From: Thermoanaerobaculia bacterium
GTDB lineage: Bacteria; Acidobacteriota; Thermoanaerobaculia; Gp7-AA8
Assembly (NCBI GenBank): GCA_017883205.1
Contig: JADGNZ010000001.1
Coordinates: 233,639 to 297,638 of the forward strand
Reading direction: 5' to 3'
Length of the DNA: 64,000 nucleotides
This document shows positions 8,159 to 16,282 of the stretch, piece after piece (position 1 is the stretch's first letter; every line of letters begins with the position of its first letter). The notes beneath the pieces were generated by a model. That model saw only the letters and a list, made by a program, of their open reading frames with translations, was not told the origin of the DNA and did no database searches. Made by a program: the position numbers and the translations under genes.

Positions 8159-9411
8159 AGCGCCGCGCCGCGAAGCCAGCGGCCGATGCGCTCGACTCCG
8201 GTGCCGATTTCGTCGATCGATGCAGCGTACGAGATGCGAATGAATCCTTCGCCCATCGATCCGAAGGCAACTCCGGGGATGACCAGTACGGCCGCGTCAG
8301 TAGCAAGCGTACGCGCGAACATTTCCGTGTCGTACGACGGCACAGGCACGAATGCGTAGAAGGCGGCGGCCGGCGCCGGAATCGCGACCTCGAGCTCGCG
8401 CGCGATCGAGAAGAGCGCCGATTCGCGCTGCGCGCGAAACTGCGCGCGCACGCGCTCGAGCCACGCGCGGTTCCAGGCGTCGTCGGAGAGAATCGACTCG
8501 GCAAGCGATTGCGAGAACGCTGACGCGCACGTGGCGATGTACTGATGCGCCGTGACGATTGGCTTCATCAGCGTCTCGGCTGCCAGAATCCAACCAAGGC
8601 GCAGGCCGGTCATCGCGTGGCTCTTGGACATCCCTCCGACGACGATGACGTTCCCGGACATGCCGAGCATCGATGGCGGGGGCGTTTCGTACCAGATCGC
8701 GCGATAGACCTCATCGCTGACGACGAGCGGCCCGGCGTTGGCGATGCGCTGCAACGTCTCGCGATCGATGACGCTGCCGAGCGGATTCGACGGCGAGTTG
8801 ACGACGATCAGTTTGGTCTTCGGAGTGATCCGCGCGAGTAGCGCATCGGCATCGACGCGCCAGTCGGGTGGATCGATCTCGTAGGTCACCGGCGTCGCGC
8901 CAGCGATGCGGGCCAGCGTCGCATAGGCGAGGAAGCCCGGATTGGGGACGAGCACTTCATCGCCCGGATCGACGAAGGCCTGCATGATCGAGAAGAGCGC
9001 CTCTTCCGTCCCGGCGGTGACGCAGACCTCTGATTTCGGATCGAATTCGACGGGGGTCGGGAGTCGGGAGTCGGGGGTCGGAGAAACTTGATTGCCGGCT
9101 GTCGGCAAGCTCCGACCTCCGACCCTCGACTCCCGACCCCCATCCGCAATCAACGTTCGCAGCTTCAGCGTCCCGGCATTCGGCGTGTAATGCCAGGAGC
9201 CGGTGGCCGCAGCCTTCACGGCAAAGGCCCGCAACGTTTCGTCCGGCTCGACGTTCGGCTCGCCGATGCCGAGGTTGACGGAGAGCGGCGTGGCCAACGC
9301 GTTGATCTGGCGGATCAGCGAGAGCTCGATGTTGGCGAGTCGCTTGGCGATTCGAGGGTTCTGAGTTGCTTGGTTGCTTGGTTGCTTGGTCAAGATGTCC
9401 TCACTTGGCAA
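8155..9411 (-). CDS. fold-type I PLP aminotransferase (DapC-like by context), carrying a 30-codon palindromic insertion; start uncertain
   Basis: 418 aa. LGIGEPN, NSPSNPLG and the SKSHAMTGLRLGW PLP-lysine block are present. It lies directly downstream of dapD. The called TTG start (9411) and first ~15 codons lie in a repeat hairpin; a second TTG lies at 9393. Confidence 0.8.
   Translation of the reverse strand: MPSEDILTKQPSNQATQNPRIAKRLANIELSLIRQINALATPLSVNLGIGEPNVEPDETLRAFAVKAAATGSWHYTPNAGTLKLRTLIADGGRESRVGGRSLPTAGNQVSPTPDSRLPTPVEFDPKSEVCVTAGTEEALFSIMQAFVDPGDEVLVPNPGFLAYATLARIAGATPVTYEIDPPDWRVDADALLARITPKTKLIVVNSPSNPLGSVIDRETLQRIANAGPLVVSDEVYRAIWYETPPPSMLGMSGNVIVVGGMSKSHAMTGLRLGWILAAETLMKPIVTAHQYIATCASAFSQSLAESILSDDAWNRAWLERVRAQFRAQRESALFSIARELEVAIPAPAAAFYAFVPVPSYDTEMFARTLATDAAVLVIPGVAFGSMGEGFIRISYAASIDEIGTGVERIGRWLRGAAL
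9052..9141. repeat. 90-nt imperfect palindromic element inserted in frame in the aminotransferase CDS
   Basis: Arms are gggggtcgggagtcgggagtcgggggtcggag (9052-9083) and ctccgacctccgaccctcgactcccgaccccc (9110-9141). The 26-nt loop is itself partly palindromic. The length is exactly 30 codons with no stop. Confidence 0.85.
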
Positions 9412-9441
9412 CTGAGCAACTCAGAACCCCAGCAACTCAAC
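9356..9441. repeat. heptamer/octamer-repeat hairpin (ttgcttgg-type) at the dapD/aminotransferase junction
   Basis: gggttctgagttgcttggttgcttggttgcttggtcaag ... cttggcaactgagcaactcagaaccccagcaactcaac. The complementary cores are ggttctgagttgc/gcaactcagaacc. Confidence 0.75.
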
Positions 9442-10264
9442 GCAACGCGTCTTCAAGCGCGGTCGACGCATCCGTTTTCTCGTCGCGGTACTTCACGATG
9501 ATGGGCGTGGCGACGTGGAGAGCGTGCTTCTCGGCGAAGTCGCCCTTCATTGCGCGGGAGCCTGGTATGACGACTGCGCCGTAGGGGATTTCGAGCGGAC
9601 GATCGGCGGTGCGACGGTAGATCTGGCCGCGGACGGTGTCGTAGACCGGCGTCGACCCGGTCAGTACCACGCCGGCACCGATGACGGCGCGGCCGCGAAC
9701 GACGGTGCCTTCGTAGATGCCGCAGTTCCCGCCGACGACGACATCGTCTTCGATGATGACCGGAAGATTTCCGACCGGCTCGAGGACGCCGCCGATCTGC
9801 GCGGCGGCGGAAAGATGAACGCGTTTGCCGATCTGCGCGCACGAGCCGACAAGCGCGTGCGAGTCGATCATCGTGTCTTCGTCGACGTATGCGCCGACGT
9901 TCACGTACGCCGGCGGCATCATGACCACGCCTTTGGCGATGAACGTCCCGCGCCGGATCGCCGAGCCTCCGGGGACGATGCGGATGCCGTCCTGCGCGCG
10001 GAAGCGCCGCGTCGGAATCGTGTCCTTGTCAATGAACGAAAGAGTGCCCGACGCGAACTCGGCGGCCACGCCGACGCGGAAGGCGAGCAGGATTCCCTGC
10101 TTCACCCAGGCTTGCGCGTGCCACACGCCGTCTTCGTCGCGGACGGCTGCGCGGATCGAGCCCGCCTCCAGCTCGGAGAGGAAAAGACCGATCGTGCGAA
10201 CGGCTTCCATTCGATCCGTCTTCGGACCGATCGTCGCCAGCCGTTCTTCGATCGTGTTCGTCAT
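9437..10264 (-). CDS. dapD: 2,3,4,5-tetrahydropyridine-2,6-dicarboxylate N-succinyltransferase
   Basis: The ATG at 10264 (ATGA overlap with the dapA stop) gives [10 protein letters not shown].... Hexapeptide-repeat region ...[40 protein letters not shown].... Sits in a DAP operon context. Confidence 0.85.
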   Translation of the reverse strand: MTNTIEERLATIGPKTDRMEAVRTIGLFLSELEAGSIRAAVRDEDGVWHAQAWVKQGILLAFRVGVAAEFASGTLSFIDKDTIPTRRFRAQDGIRIVPGGSAIRRGTFIAKGVVMMPPAYVNVGAYVDEDTMIDSHALVGSCAQIGKRVHLSAAAQIGGVLEPVGNLPVIIEDDVVVGGNCGIYEGTVVRGRAVIGAGVVLTGSTPVYDTVRGQIYRRTADRPLEIPYGAVVIPGSRAMKGDFAEKHALHVATPIIVKYRDEKTDASTALEDALR

Positions 10265-11178
10265 GACGCAGCCGCCGTATCGAGGAGCCCACACTCCCGC
10301 AGAATGGCCTCAAGCTTCTCACGATTTCCTTTCGCGATCGGGGCGAGCGGGGAGCGGACGGTATCGCTGTCGATGATGCCGAGGAGCTTGCAGGCGGCCT
10401 TGACCGGGATTGGATTCGATTCCATGAAGTTGCCGGTGAGCAGCGGCAGAACGCGATAGTGGACCGCCCTGGCGGTGGCGAAATCGCCGCGCAGCGCCGC
10501 GGTGACAAGCTCGCTCATCAAGCGCGGGATCTCATTCGACGCGACGGAAACGAGACCGTCCGCGCCGGCGCCGATGAGCGGCAACGTCCAGGCGTCATCG
10601 CCGCTGAGAACGAGAAAGCCATCCGGACGATCGCGGATCACCATCATGATCTGCTCGAGATTCGCCGACGCTTCCTTTACGCCGATGATGTTGGGGATCT
10701 CGGCGGCCATTCGCAGCGTCGTCTCCGCCGTCATGTTCACGCCGGTACGGCCCGGCACGTTGTACATGATCATCGGGAAGCCGGCCTTCTTCTTCTCGAT
10801 CGCCTCAGCCTGCATACCGAAGTGTCGGCGCAGTCCGTCAGGAGTCGGCTTGTTGTAGTACGGCGTGATGGTGAGGACGCCGGCGGCGCCGAGGTCGATG
10901 GCCTGTTCGGCCAGCTCGACGGCGCGTGCGGTGTTGTTGCTGCCTGCGCCTGCGAGCACGGGCACGCGGCCGTTCGCCTGGCGCACGACCAGCTCGACAA
11001 CGCGGCGATGTTCCACCGCGGTCAGCGCAGGATTCTCGCCGGTGGTGCCACAGGGAACGAGAAAATCGACGCCCCCATCGATCTGAAAATCGACAAAGCG
11101 CGCGAGCGCATTCTCATCGAGCGCGCCGCTGTCGGTGAAAGGAGTAATGAGGGCGGTGCCGAGGCCACGGAAGGTCAT
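10261..11178 (-). CDS. dapA: 4-hydroxy-tetrahydrodipicolinate synthase
   Basis: 305 aa. [44 protein letters not shown] is the canonical DapA N-terminus. Confidence 0.92.
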   Translation of the reverse strand: MTFRGLGTALITPFTDSGALDENALARFVDFQIDGGVDFLVPCGTTGENPALTAVEHRRVVELVVRQANGRVPVLAGAGSNNTARAVELAEQAIDLGAAGVLTITPYYNKPTPDGLRRHFGMQAEAIEKKKAGFPMIMYNVPGRTGVNMTAETTLRMAAEIPNIIGVKEASANLEQIMMVIRDRPDGFLVLSGDDAWTLPLIGAGADGLVSVASNEIPRLMSELVTAALRGDFATARAVHYRVLPLLTGNFMESNPIPVKAACKLLGIIDSDTVRSPLAPIAKGNREKLEAILRECGLLDTAAAS

Positions 11179-11190
11179 ATCGACTCCCGA

Positions 11191-11266
11191 GGATGAAGGA
11201 TGAAGGGTGAAGGATGAATCGAATTCTGCGCGCGGCTATTCATCCTTCATCCCTCCGTCTTCATCC
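11191..11266. repeat. heptamer-repeat hairpin (ggatgaa-type) between dapB and dapA
   Basis: ggatgaaggatgaagggtgaaggatgaat ... attcatccttcatccctccgtcttcatcc. The right arm overlaps the dapB stop codon (11261-11263). Confidence 0.8.
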
Positions 11267-11935
11267 TTCCGAAAACGCCAGCTCTTCGAAACGGAACAAC
11301 CCTTTGCGCCCTCGCAAAAGCTGCGCCGCCATGACTGCGCCCCGGGCGAAGCCGTCGCGGTTTCGGGCGCGATGCGAGATCTCGATGAGGTCGTCAGGTG
11401 AATCGAAGAAGAGCGTGTGCAAGCCGGGTTCGCTGCCGACGCGCGAGGAAGTGATCGGCGGTGTGAGCTTGCCATCGCTCCCTTCCTTCACCGCCGCGGC
11501 GATGCGCAACGCCGTTCCGCTCGGCGCATCTTTCTTCTGATCGTGATGACGTTCTTCCATGCCCGCCGCGTACTCCGGAAAGCGCCCGACCAGCGCACCT
11601 GCACGCTGCGCTAATGAAAAAACAACATTGGCGCCGGGCGAAAAGTTGGACGCGTAGACGCAGCCGATCCCGGCCTGTTCCACACGCTGCTTCACGTCGT
11701 CGAGCCGATCGTTCCAACCGGTCGTGCCGATGACGAGGCCGAGGTGGTTGTCGCAGGCAAGAGCGAGCGTCCCATCCAACGCGCTGGCGTGCGAGAAGTC
11801 GATCACGACCTCGGCATCACCCAGCGGTTCGTCGCGATCGATGTCGAGAATGCAGACCACCTGATGCCCCAGCTCCGTTGCCACGCGCTCGATCGTGCGC
11901 CCCATCTTGCCGTAGCCGTGAATGGCGAGCTTCAT
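11261..11935 (-). CDS. dapB: 4-hydroxy-tetrahydrodipicolinate reductase (short form)
   Basis: 224 aa. The MKLAIHGYGKMGR Rossmann start and the ...EERHHDQKKDAPSGTA... motif (E-x-HH-x-K-x-DAPSGTA) are present. Overlaps the lysC stop. Confidence 0.88.
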   Translation of the reverse strand: MKLAIHGYGKMGRTIERVATELGHQVVCILDIDRDEPLGDAEVVIDFSHASALDGTLALACDNHLGLVIGTTGWNDRLDDVKQRVEQAGIGCVYASNFSPGANVVFSLAQRAGALVGRFPEYAAGMEERHHDQKKDAPSGTALRIAAAVKEGSDGKLTPPITSSRVGSEPGLHTLFFDSPDDLIEISHRARNRDGFARGAVMAAQLLRGRKGLFRFEELAFSEG

Positions 11936-13299
11936 ACGGCGACCGCCTGCTCGAAAAGAGCGTGATGGATCCGCTGGATGGCGCGGTCAGACGCGGCGTC
12001 GTCGATCACGATGCTGAGATTCAGCCCTGATCGTCCCAGCGAGAGCATCTGCATCGGCACGTCGCGCAGGGCTTCGAAGACGCGCGCGCCGACTCGGGCA
12101 TCGCGCAGCAGGTTGCGGCCGACGATAGCGATGATGCACTGCCCGTCGATGATCTCGACGCTCGCCAGATCGCGCAGACGTCGCTGCAACTCGTCGATGT
12201 CATGCTGCTCGTCGACCGTTACCGTGACGGAGACCTCCGAGGTGGCGATGAGATCGACGGAGATCTTGAGCTCCTCGAAAACGTGAAACAAGCGCGCCAG
12301 AAAACCGTGCGCGCCGAGCATCTTGTTCGTCGTCATATGAACAAGCGTCACGTTGCGCTTGCGTGCGACCGAGCGCGGCCCGCTGGTCTGGCTCGGCCCT
12401 TCACGCGTGATCAGCGTTCCAGGCGACGCCGGATTTTGCGTGTTAAGAACTCGCACCGGAATGCCGGCCTCGATGGCCGGCTCGAGAGTGCGCGGATGCA
12501 GCTTCGCGCCGAACGAGGCCAGCTCGGCCGCCTCTTCGTGCGAAAGGTGATCGATCACGCGCGCGGCCGGCACGAAGCGCGGATCGCACGTGAGCAGGCC
12601 GTCGACGTCGGTCCAGATCTGCACTTCCTCGGCTCCGACCGCCGCGCCGACGATGGCCGCGCTGTAGTCCGAGCCGTTGCGTCCGAGAGTGGTCGTGGCA
12701 CCATCGACAGTCCGTCCGATGAAGCCGCCCATGACTGGAATGTGATTCCGCTCCACGATCGGCAGCAGCGTCTTCCGCGCCGCCTCGGCGGTCAGATCCA
12801 TCCGCGGGGTGGCGCCGCCGAAGTTGTCATTCGTCCAGATGACGTCCTCGGATTCGACATGCTCGCCGGGCAGCGAACGCATCATCATCGAGTAAGCGAA
12901 GAGGACGGACGAGAGCTTCTCTCCGATCGACAGGATCTTGTCGCGAGCGCGCGCCGTGACTTCGTGCAGCAGCGTGACGCCGCGAAGAATCGTGTGAATC
13001 TCCTCGACCTGCTTGTCGAGCCGCCTGACGAACGTATCGAAGAAGTCGAACTTCTGCTGCACGAGCCGCATGGCCACGTCTTCATGGCGCTGCCGGATGC
13101 GGTCGATGATCTCGTTGACACGCTCCCCGTCGCCGTCGCGCGCCGCGTTCGTGGCAGCGACAAGATCGTCCGTCACCCCCGAAAGCGCAGAAACGACGAC
13201 GATCGGCTGCAGATGCCGCCGTTCGGCCACGATGTCGATCGCATTCGCCACGCGCTCCGCATCGCCGACCGAGGTGCCCCCGAACTTGATGACGATCAT
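11932..13299 (-). CDS. lysC: aspartate kinase
   Basis: 455 aa. MIVIKFGGTSVGD kinase N-terminus with C-terminal ACT-type regulatory region. Confidence 0.92.
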   Translation of the reverse strand: MIVIKFGGTSVGDAERVANAIDIVAERRHLQPIVVVSALSGVTDDLVAATNAARDGDGERVNEIIDRIRQRHEDVAMRLVQQKFDFFDTFVRRLDKQVEEIHTILRGVTLLHEVTARARDKILSIGEKLSSVLFAYSMMMRSLPGEHVESEDVIWTNDNFGGATPRMDLTAEAARKTLLPIVERNHIPVMGGFIGRTVDGATTTLGRNGSDYSAAIVGAAVGAEEVQIWTDVDGLLTCDPRFVPAARVIDHLSHEEAAELASFGAKLHPRTLEPAIEAGIPVRVLNTQNPASPGTLITREGPSQTSGPRSVARKRNVTLVHMTTNKMLGAHGFLARLFHVFEELKISVDLIATSEVSVTVTVDEQHDIDELQRRLRDLASVEIIDGQCIIAIVGRNLLRDARVGARVFEALRDVPMQMLSLGRSGLNLSIVIDDAASDRAIQRIHHALFEQAVAV

Positions 13300-13340
13300 G
13301 TGCGCCCGCCGGGGTGATCAGCGATCAGTGATGCAGGGGT

Positions 13341-13652
13341 CAGTGAGGCAGTGCGAAAGCAAGCTGCTGCCTTCTTTGCCGACCCTCTCCCGACGAGCGC
13401 CTTCTCCCCCCGCGCTTTTTGCGGGGGGAGAAGGTGCCGAAGGCGGATGAGGGGGGCGTTAGGTGCGACAAACTCTCCATTCGAAAGCGCGTCACATGGG
13501 CCGATGTTGTATCCATCAAATGCCCCCTCATCCGGCCTTCGGCCACCTTCTCCCCCACTGAAAAGCGTGGGGGAGAAGGGGCTCGATTGGGGGGTGGTGC
13601 GAGAGTCTTCATTCATTGCGTGAGACTCGCCCATCAACCCACTGCCTCTCAC
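13341..13652. repeat. nested inverted-repeat (MITE/REP-like) element filling the asd-lysC intergenic region
   Basis: The outer inverted repeat is cagtgaggcagtg (13341-13353) / cactgcctctcac (13640-13652). Inside are two inverted copies of a ~58-nt module: 13400-13457 ccttctccccccgcgctttttgcggggggagaaggtgccgaaggcggatgaggggggc, and 13522-13579 as its approximate reverse complement. A related hairpin copy lies at 46879-46908. Confidence 0.75.
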
Positions 13653-14746
13653 AACATCCCCTTCGCCTCGAGCAGCTCGGCATTCAACAGCGCTGCTCCT
13701 GCTGCGCCGCGGATGGTGTTGTGGACGAGGGCGACCATTCGGATGTCGAGCAATGGGCAGGGGCGGAGGCGGCCGACGGTGACGGCCATGCCGTGCTCGC
13801 GGTCGCGGTCGAGGCGGGGTTGCGGACGGTCGGGCTCGACGGCGTAGTGGATCGGTTGCTTGGGCGCAGTCGGCAATCCCAGGCGCTGCGGCTCGCCGGT
13901 AAACGAGCGGATGGCGTCACGAATCTCGCCGAGATCGGCGCTGCCTTCGCGCAACTTCATCGAGATCGTCATCAGGTGGCCGTCGATCGTCGGCACGCGG
14001 TTGACCTGTGCGGAGATGCGGAACGGCGCGTCGACGAATCGGCCGTTCTCCCAACGGCCGAGAATCTTGCGCGGCTCGGTCTCGATCTTTTCCTCCTCGC
14101 CGCCGCCGATGTACGGGATCACGTTGTCGAGGATCGCGTAGGACGACACGCCCGCGTAGCCGGCGCCGGAGATGGCCTGCATCGTGGTGACGTGCAGTTG
14201 GTCGATGCCGAAGCGGCGCTCGATTGGCGCGATGGCCAGCGCCAAGCCGATCGTCGAACAGTTCGGATTCGTGACGATGTAGCCGTTGCCGCCGCGGCGT
14301 CTTCTTTGCCGCTCGATTGCTCCCAGATGCTCCGCGTTGACCTCGGGGATCAGGAGCGGCACATCTGGATCCATGCGATGGTTGCGGGAGTTGGAAACAA
14401 CGACGCAGCCGCGGTTCGCGTAATCGTCCTCGGCCTCACCGGCGACGGAGGAATCGAGTCCGGAGAAGACCAGGCGCGACTCGAGATCGGAGCCGAGCGA
14501 CTTCACCTCGAGCGAAGCGGCATCAGAAGGGAGGAGCGTGTCGAGACGCCAGTCAGCGGCCTCGCCGTACGATTTGCCGGAGCTGCGTTCCGAGGCCACG
14601 ACTTCGTGGAGACGAAACCAGGAATGGCCGGCCAGCAACTGCACGAAGCGCTGTCCGACGGAGCCGGTGGCGCCGAGGACGGCGACAGGGATTCGTGGCG
14701 TGCGGCGCGCGTCAGTTTGGGTGGGCAGTGTCAGTGTTTCGGTCAT
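13649..14746 (-). CDS. asd: aspartate-semialdehyde dehydrogenase
   Basis: 365 aa. VAVLGATGSVGQRF Rossmann motif, the active-site region ...VTNPNCSTIGL... and ...SGAGY... are present. Adjacent to lysC. Confidence 0.9.
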   Translation of the reverse strand: MTETLTLPTQTDARRTPRIPVAVLGATGSVGQRFVQLLAGHSWFRLHEVVASERSSGKSYGEAADWRLDTLLPSDAASLEVKSLGSDLESRLVFSGLDSSVAGEAEDDYANRGCVVVSNSRNHRMDPDVPLLIPEVNAEHLGAIERQRRRRGGNGYIVTNPNCSTIGLALAIAPIERRFGIDQLHVTTMQAISGAGYAGVSSYAILDNVIPYIGGGEEEKIETEPRKILGRWENGRFVDAPFRISAQVNRVPTIDGHLMTISMKLREGSADLGEIRDAIRSFTGEPQRLGLPTAPKQPIHYAVEPDRPQPRLDRDREHGMAVTVGRLRPCPLLDIRMVALVHNTIRGAAGAALLNAELLEAKGML

Positions 14747-16280
14747 TCAGTCTCAAATGTGCCTTCGTTGATTTCTGCAAGATCGATTCTAAGCCGAAGA
14801 AGGCGCCGAGGTGGATGAGGCGAATGAACGTGGTCCACGCAGCGAGCGGTCCCACGCCGATTCCCGTGAGGTGCGCGGTGAACGGAAGATGCAGCGGACC
14901 CCACCGAAAGAGCATCGATCCATGCGCTGGCGACGAGGTCCCTGCGAAATCATGAAAGAGCGCGACCTCGGTGATCACGACGTCCCACGCCACGATCCAC
15001 CACGCAGCCAATCGCCATCTTGACAACGCGGGCAGGAGGAGCGCGGGCACGACGATGGGCACCAGGACGAACCAGTACCACCCTTCTTTTCCGCCGATCG
15101 GGACCTGGCTGCCGGCGCGGCGCGCGAGTACGCAGACGATGACGTTGTAGGTTTGCGCGATTGCGAATGCGCCGAGGGCGAGCAGAGCCGGCGCGACATT
15201 CTCGCGTCGCAACGCGACGATCATGGCGATGACGATTGGCCCCAGATACAACGCGATCGCTGCCGGACGGAGGGCGTCGTTGTGCTGCCCCGATGTCCAG
15301 GCAGCGCTGGCGATCGTGACGCGGACGATCTCACTGATGCTGGCGTTGGCTTCGTTCACCGGCCCGGCTTGATGAGCGAGCGCAACGACGCCGAGCGGAC
15401 TGCCCCCGGGATACTGCACGACCTCGGTGCTCGTGCGTGCCGAAAGCTCGGCAAAGGTCAGCACGATGGCGATGAGCGACACGACGGAGACGGCTGCGAT
15501 TCGAGCCTTGCCGGCCTTCTGCCTCCGCCACAGCAGCGGAAGCACGATGAGCAGCGGCCACGTGTACATCTTCGCGTTGAGTGCCAGCCCCCACGCCAGC
15601 GCTTCCGCGGCAATCAGGAGCGCTCGGCGCGGTGCTGCCACGCTGATGGCGATGGCGACGGCGACGAGCATGCAGGAGAAGGCGTCGTTACTGGCGCGAA
15701 GGACGAGCGTTTCCCACGTCGGGAGTGAGACGAGAATCGCTCCGCCGAGGATCCCGATCGGGCCGAGCCAGCGCCGGCCGATCTCCGCGGTCGCGAGGAC
15801 CGTGATCAGCGCGAAGAGCAGCGACAGCAACCGCCAGAACCGTAGTTCGAAGACCGCGCTTCGCAGTGGCACGAGGCGCGCGGTGAGCGAGTAGTAAATG
15901 CTCGTCTGCTGCGCTTCGTAGTTGCGGACGACGTACGGCTTGACGTCTGCGCTGGCGAGTGGACGATCAACAAGAACGTGACCGCCGCGCGCGGCGACGA
16001 TGCTCGGCCATCGATCGCCGGCTTCACCCATTGCCGGCATGGCGGTCGGAGCGCCACCCTCATGCGCCGCAGCGATGCTCGCCATCAGATACGGCGGGAT
16101 CGAAGGCTCGGTCGTCGTGGGATTGCGATGCTCCGCGCGCACGAACGCGAGCCGAGCCACGTGGTACACCTCGTCGAGGCCGGCGTACGGCGGGAGCGCG
16201 GCCATCTGCAGCAGAAGCCGCGCGGCCGCGCAGACGATGAGTAGCGCGTAGGCAATCTTGAAGCGAGAGTTGGTGGGCAT
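14712..16280 (-). CDS. polytopic membrane protein, putative GT-C-type (ArnT/PMT-like) glycosyltransferase
   Basis: 522 aa with many hydrophobic segments. An early-loop DE motif (AGLDEVYH) resembles GT-C glycosyltransferases. Its 3' end overlaps the asd start by 35 nt. Confidence 0.5.
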   Translation of the reverse strand: MPTNSRFKIAYALLIVCAAARLLLQMAALPPYAGLDEVYHVARLAFVRAEHRNPTTTEPSIPPYLMASIAAAHEGGAPTAMPAMGEAGDRWPSIVAARGGHVLVDRPLASADVKPYVVRNYEAQQTSIYYSLTARLVPLRSAVFELRFWRLLSLLFALITVLATAEIGRRWLGPIGILGGAILVSLPTWETLVLRASNDAFSCMLVAVAIAISVAAPRRALLIAAEALAWGLALNAKMYTWPLLIVLPLLWRRQKAGKARIAAVSVVSLIAIVLTFAELSARTSTEVVQYPGGSPLGVVALAHQAGPVNEANASISEIVRVTIASAAWTSGQHNDALRPAAIALYLGPIVIAMIVALRRENVAPALLALGAFAIAQTYNVIVCVLARRAGSQVPIGGKEGWYWFVLVPIVVPALLLPALSRWRLAAWWIVAWDVVITEVALFHDFAGTSSPAHGSMLFRWGPLHLPFTAHLTGIGVGPLAAWTTFIRLIHLGAFFGLESILQKSTKAHLRLNDRNTDTAHPN

Positions 16281-16282
16281 GC

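Noticed and set aside
13300-13648. Possible lysine riboswitch (L-box) upstream of lysC.
   Set aside because: The spacer is fully accounted for by symmetric repeat modules, and I could not recognise L-box conserved helices by eye. An Infernal/Rfam scan would be decisive.
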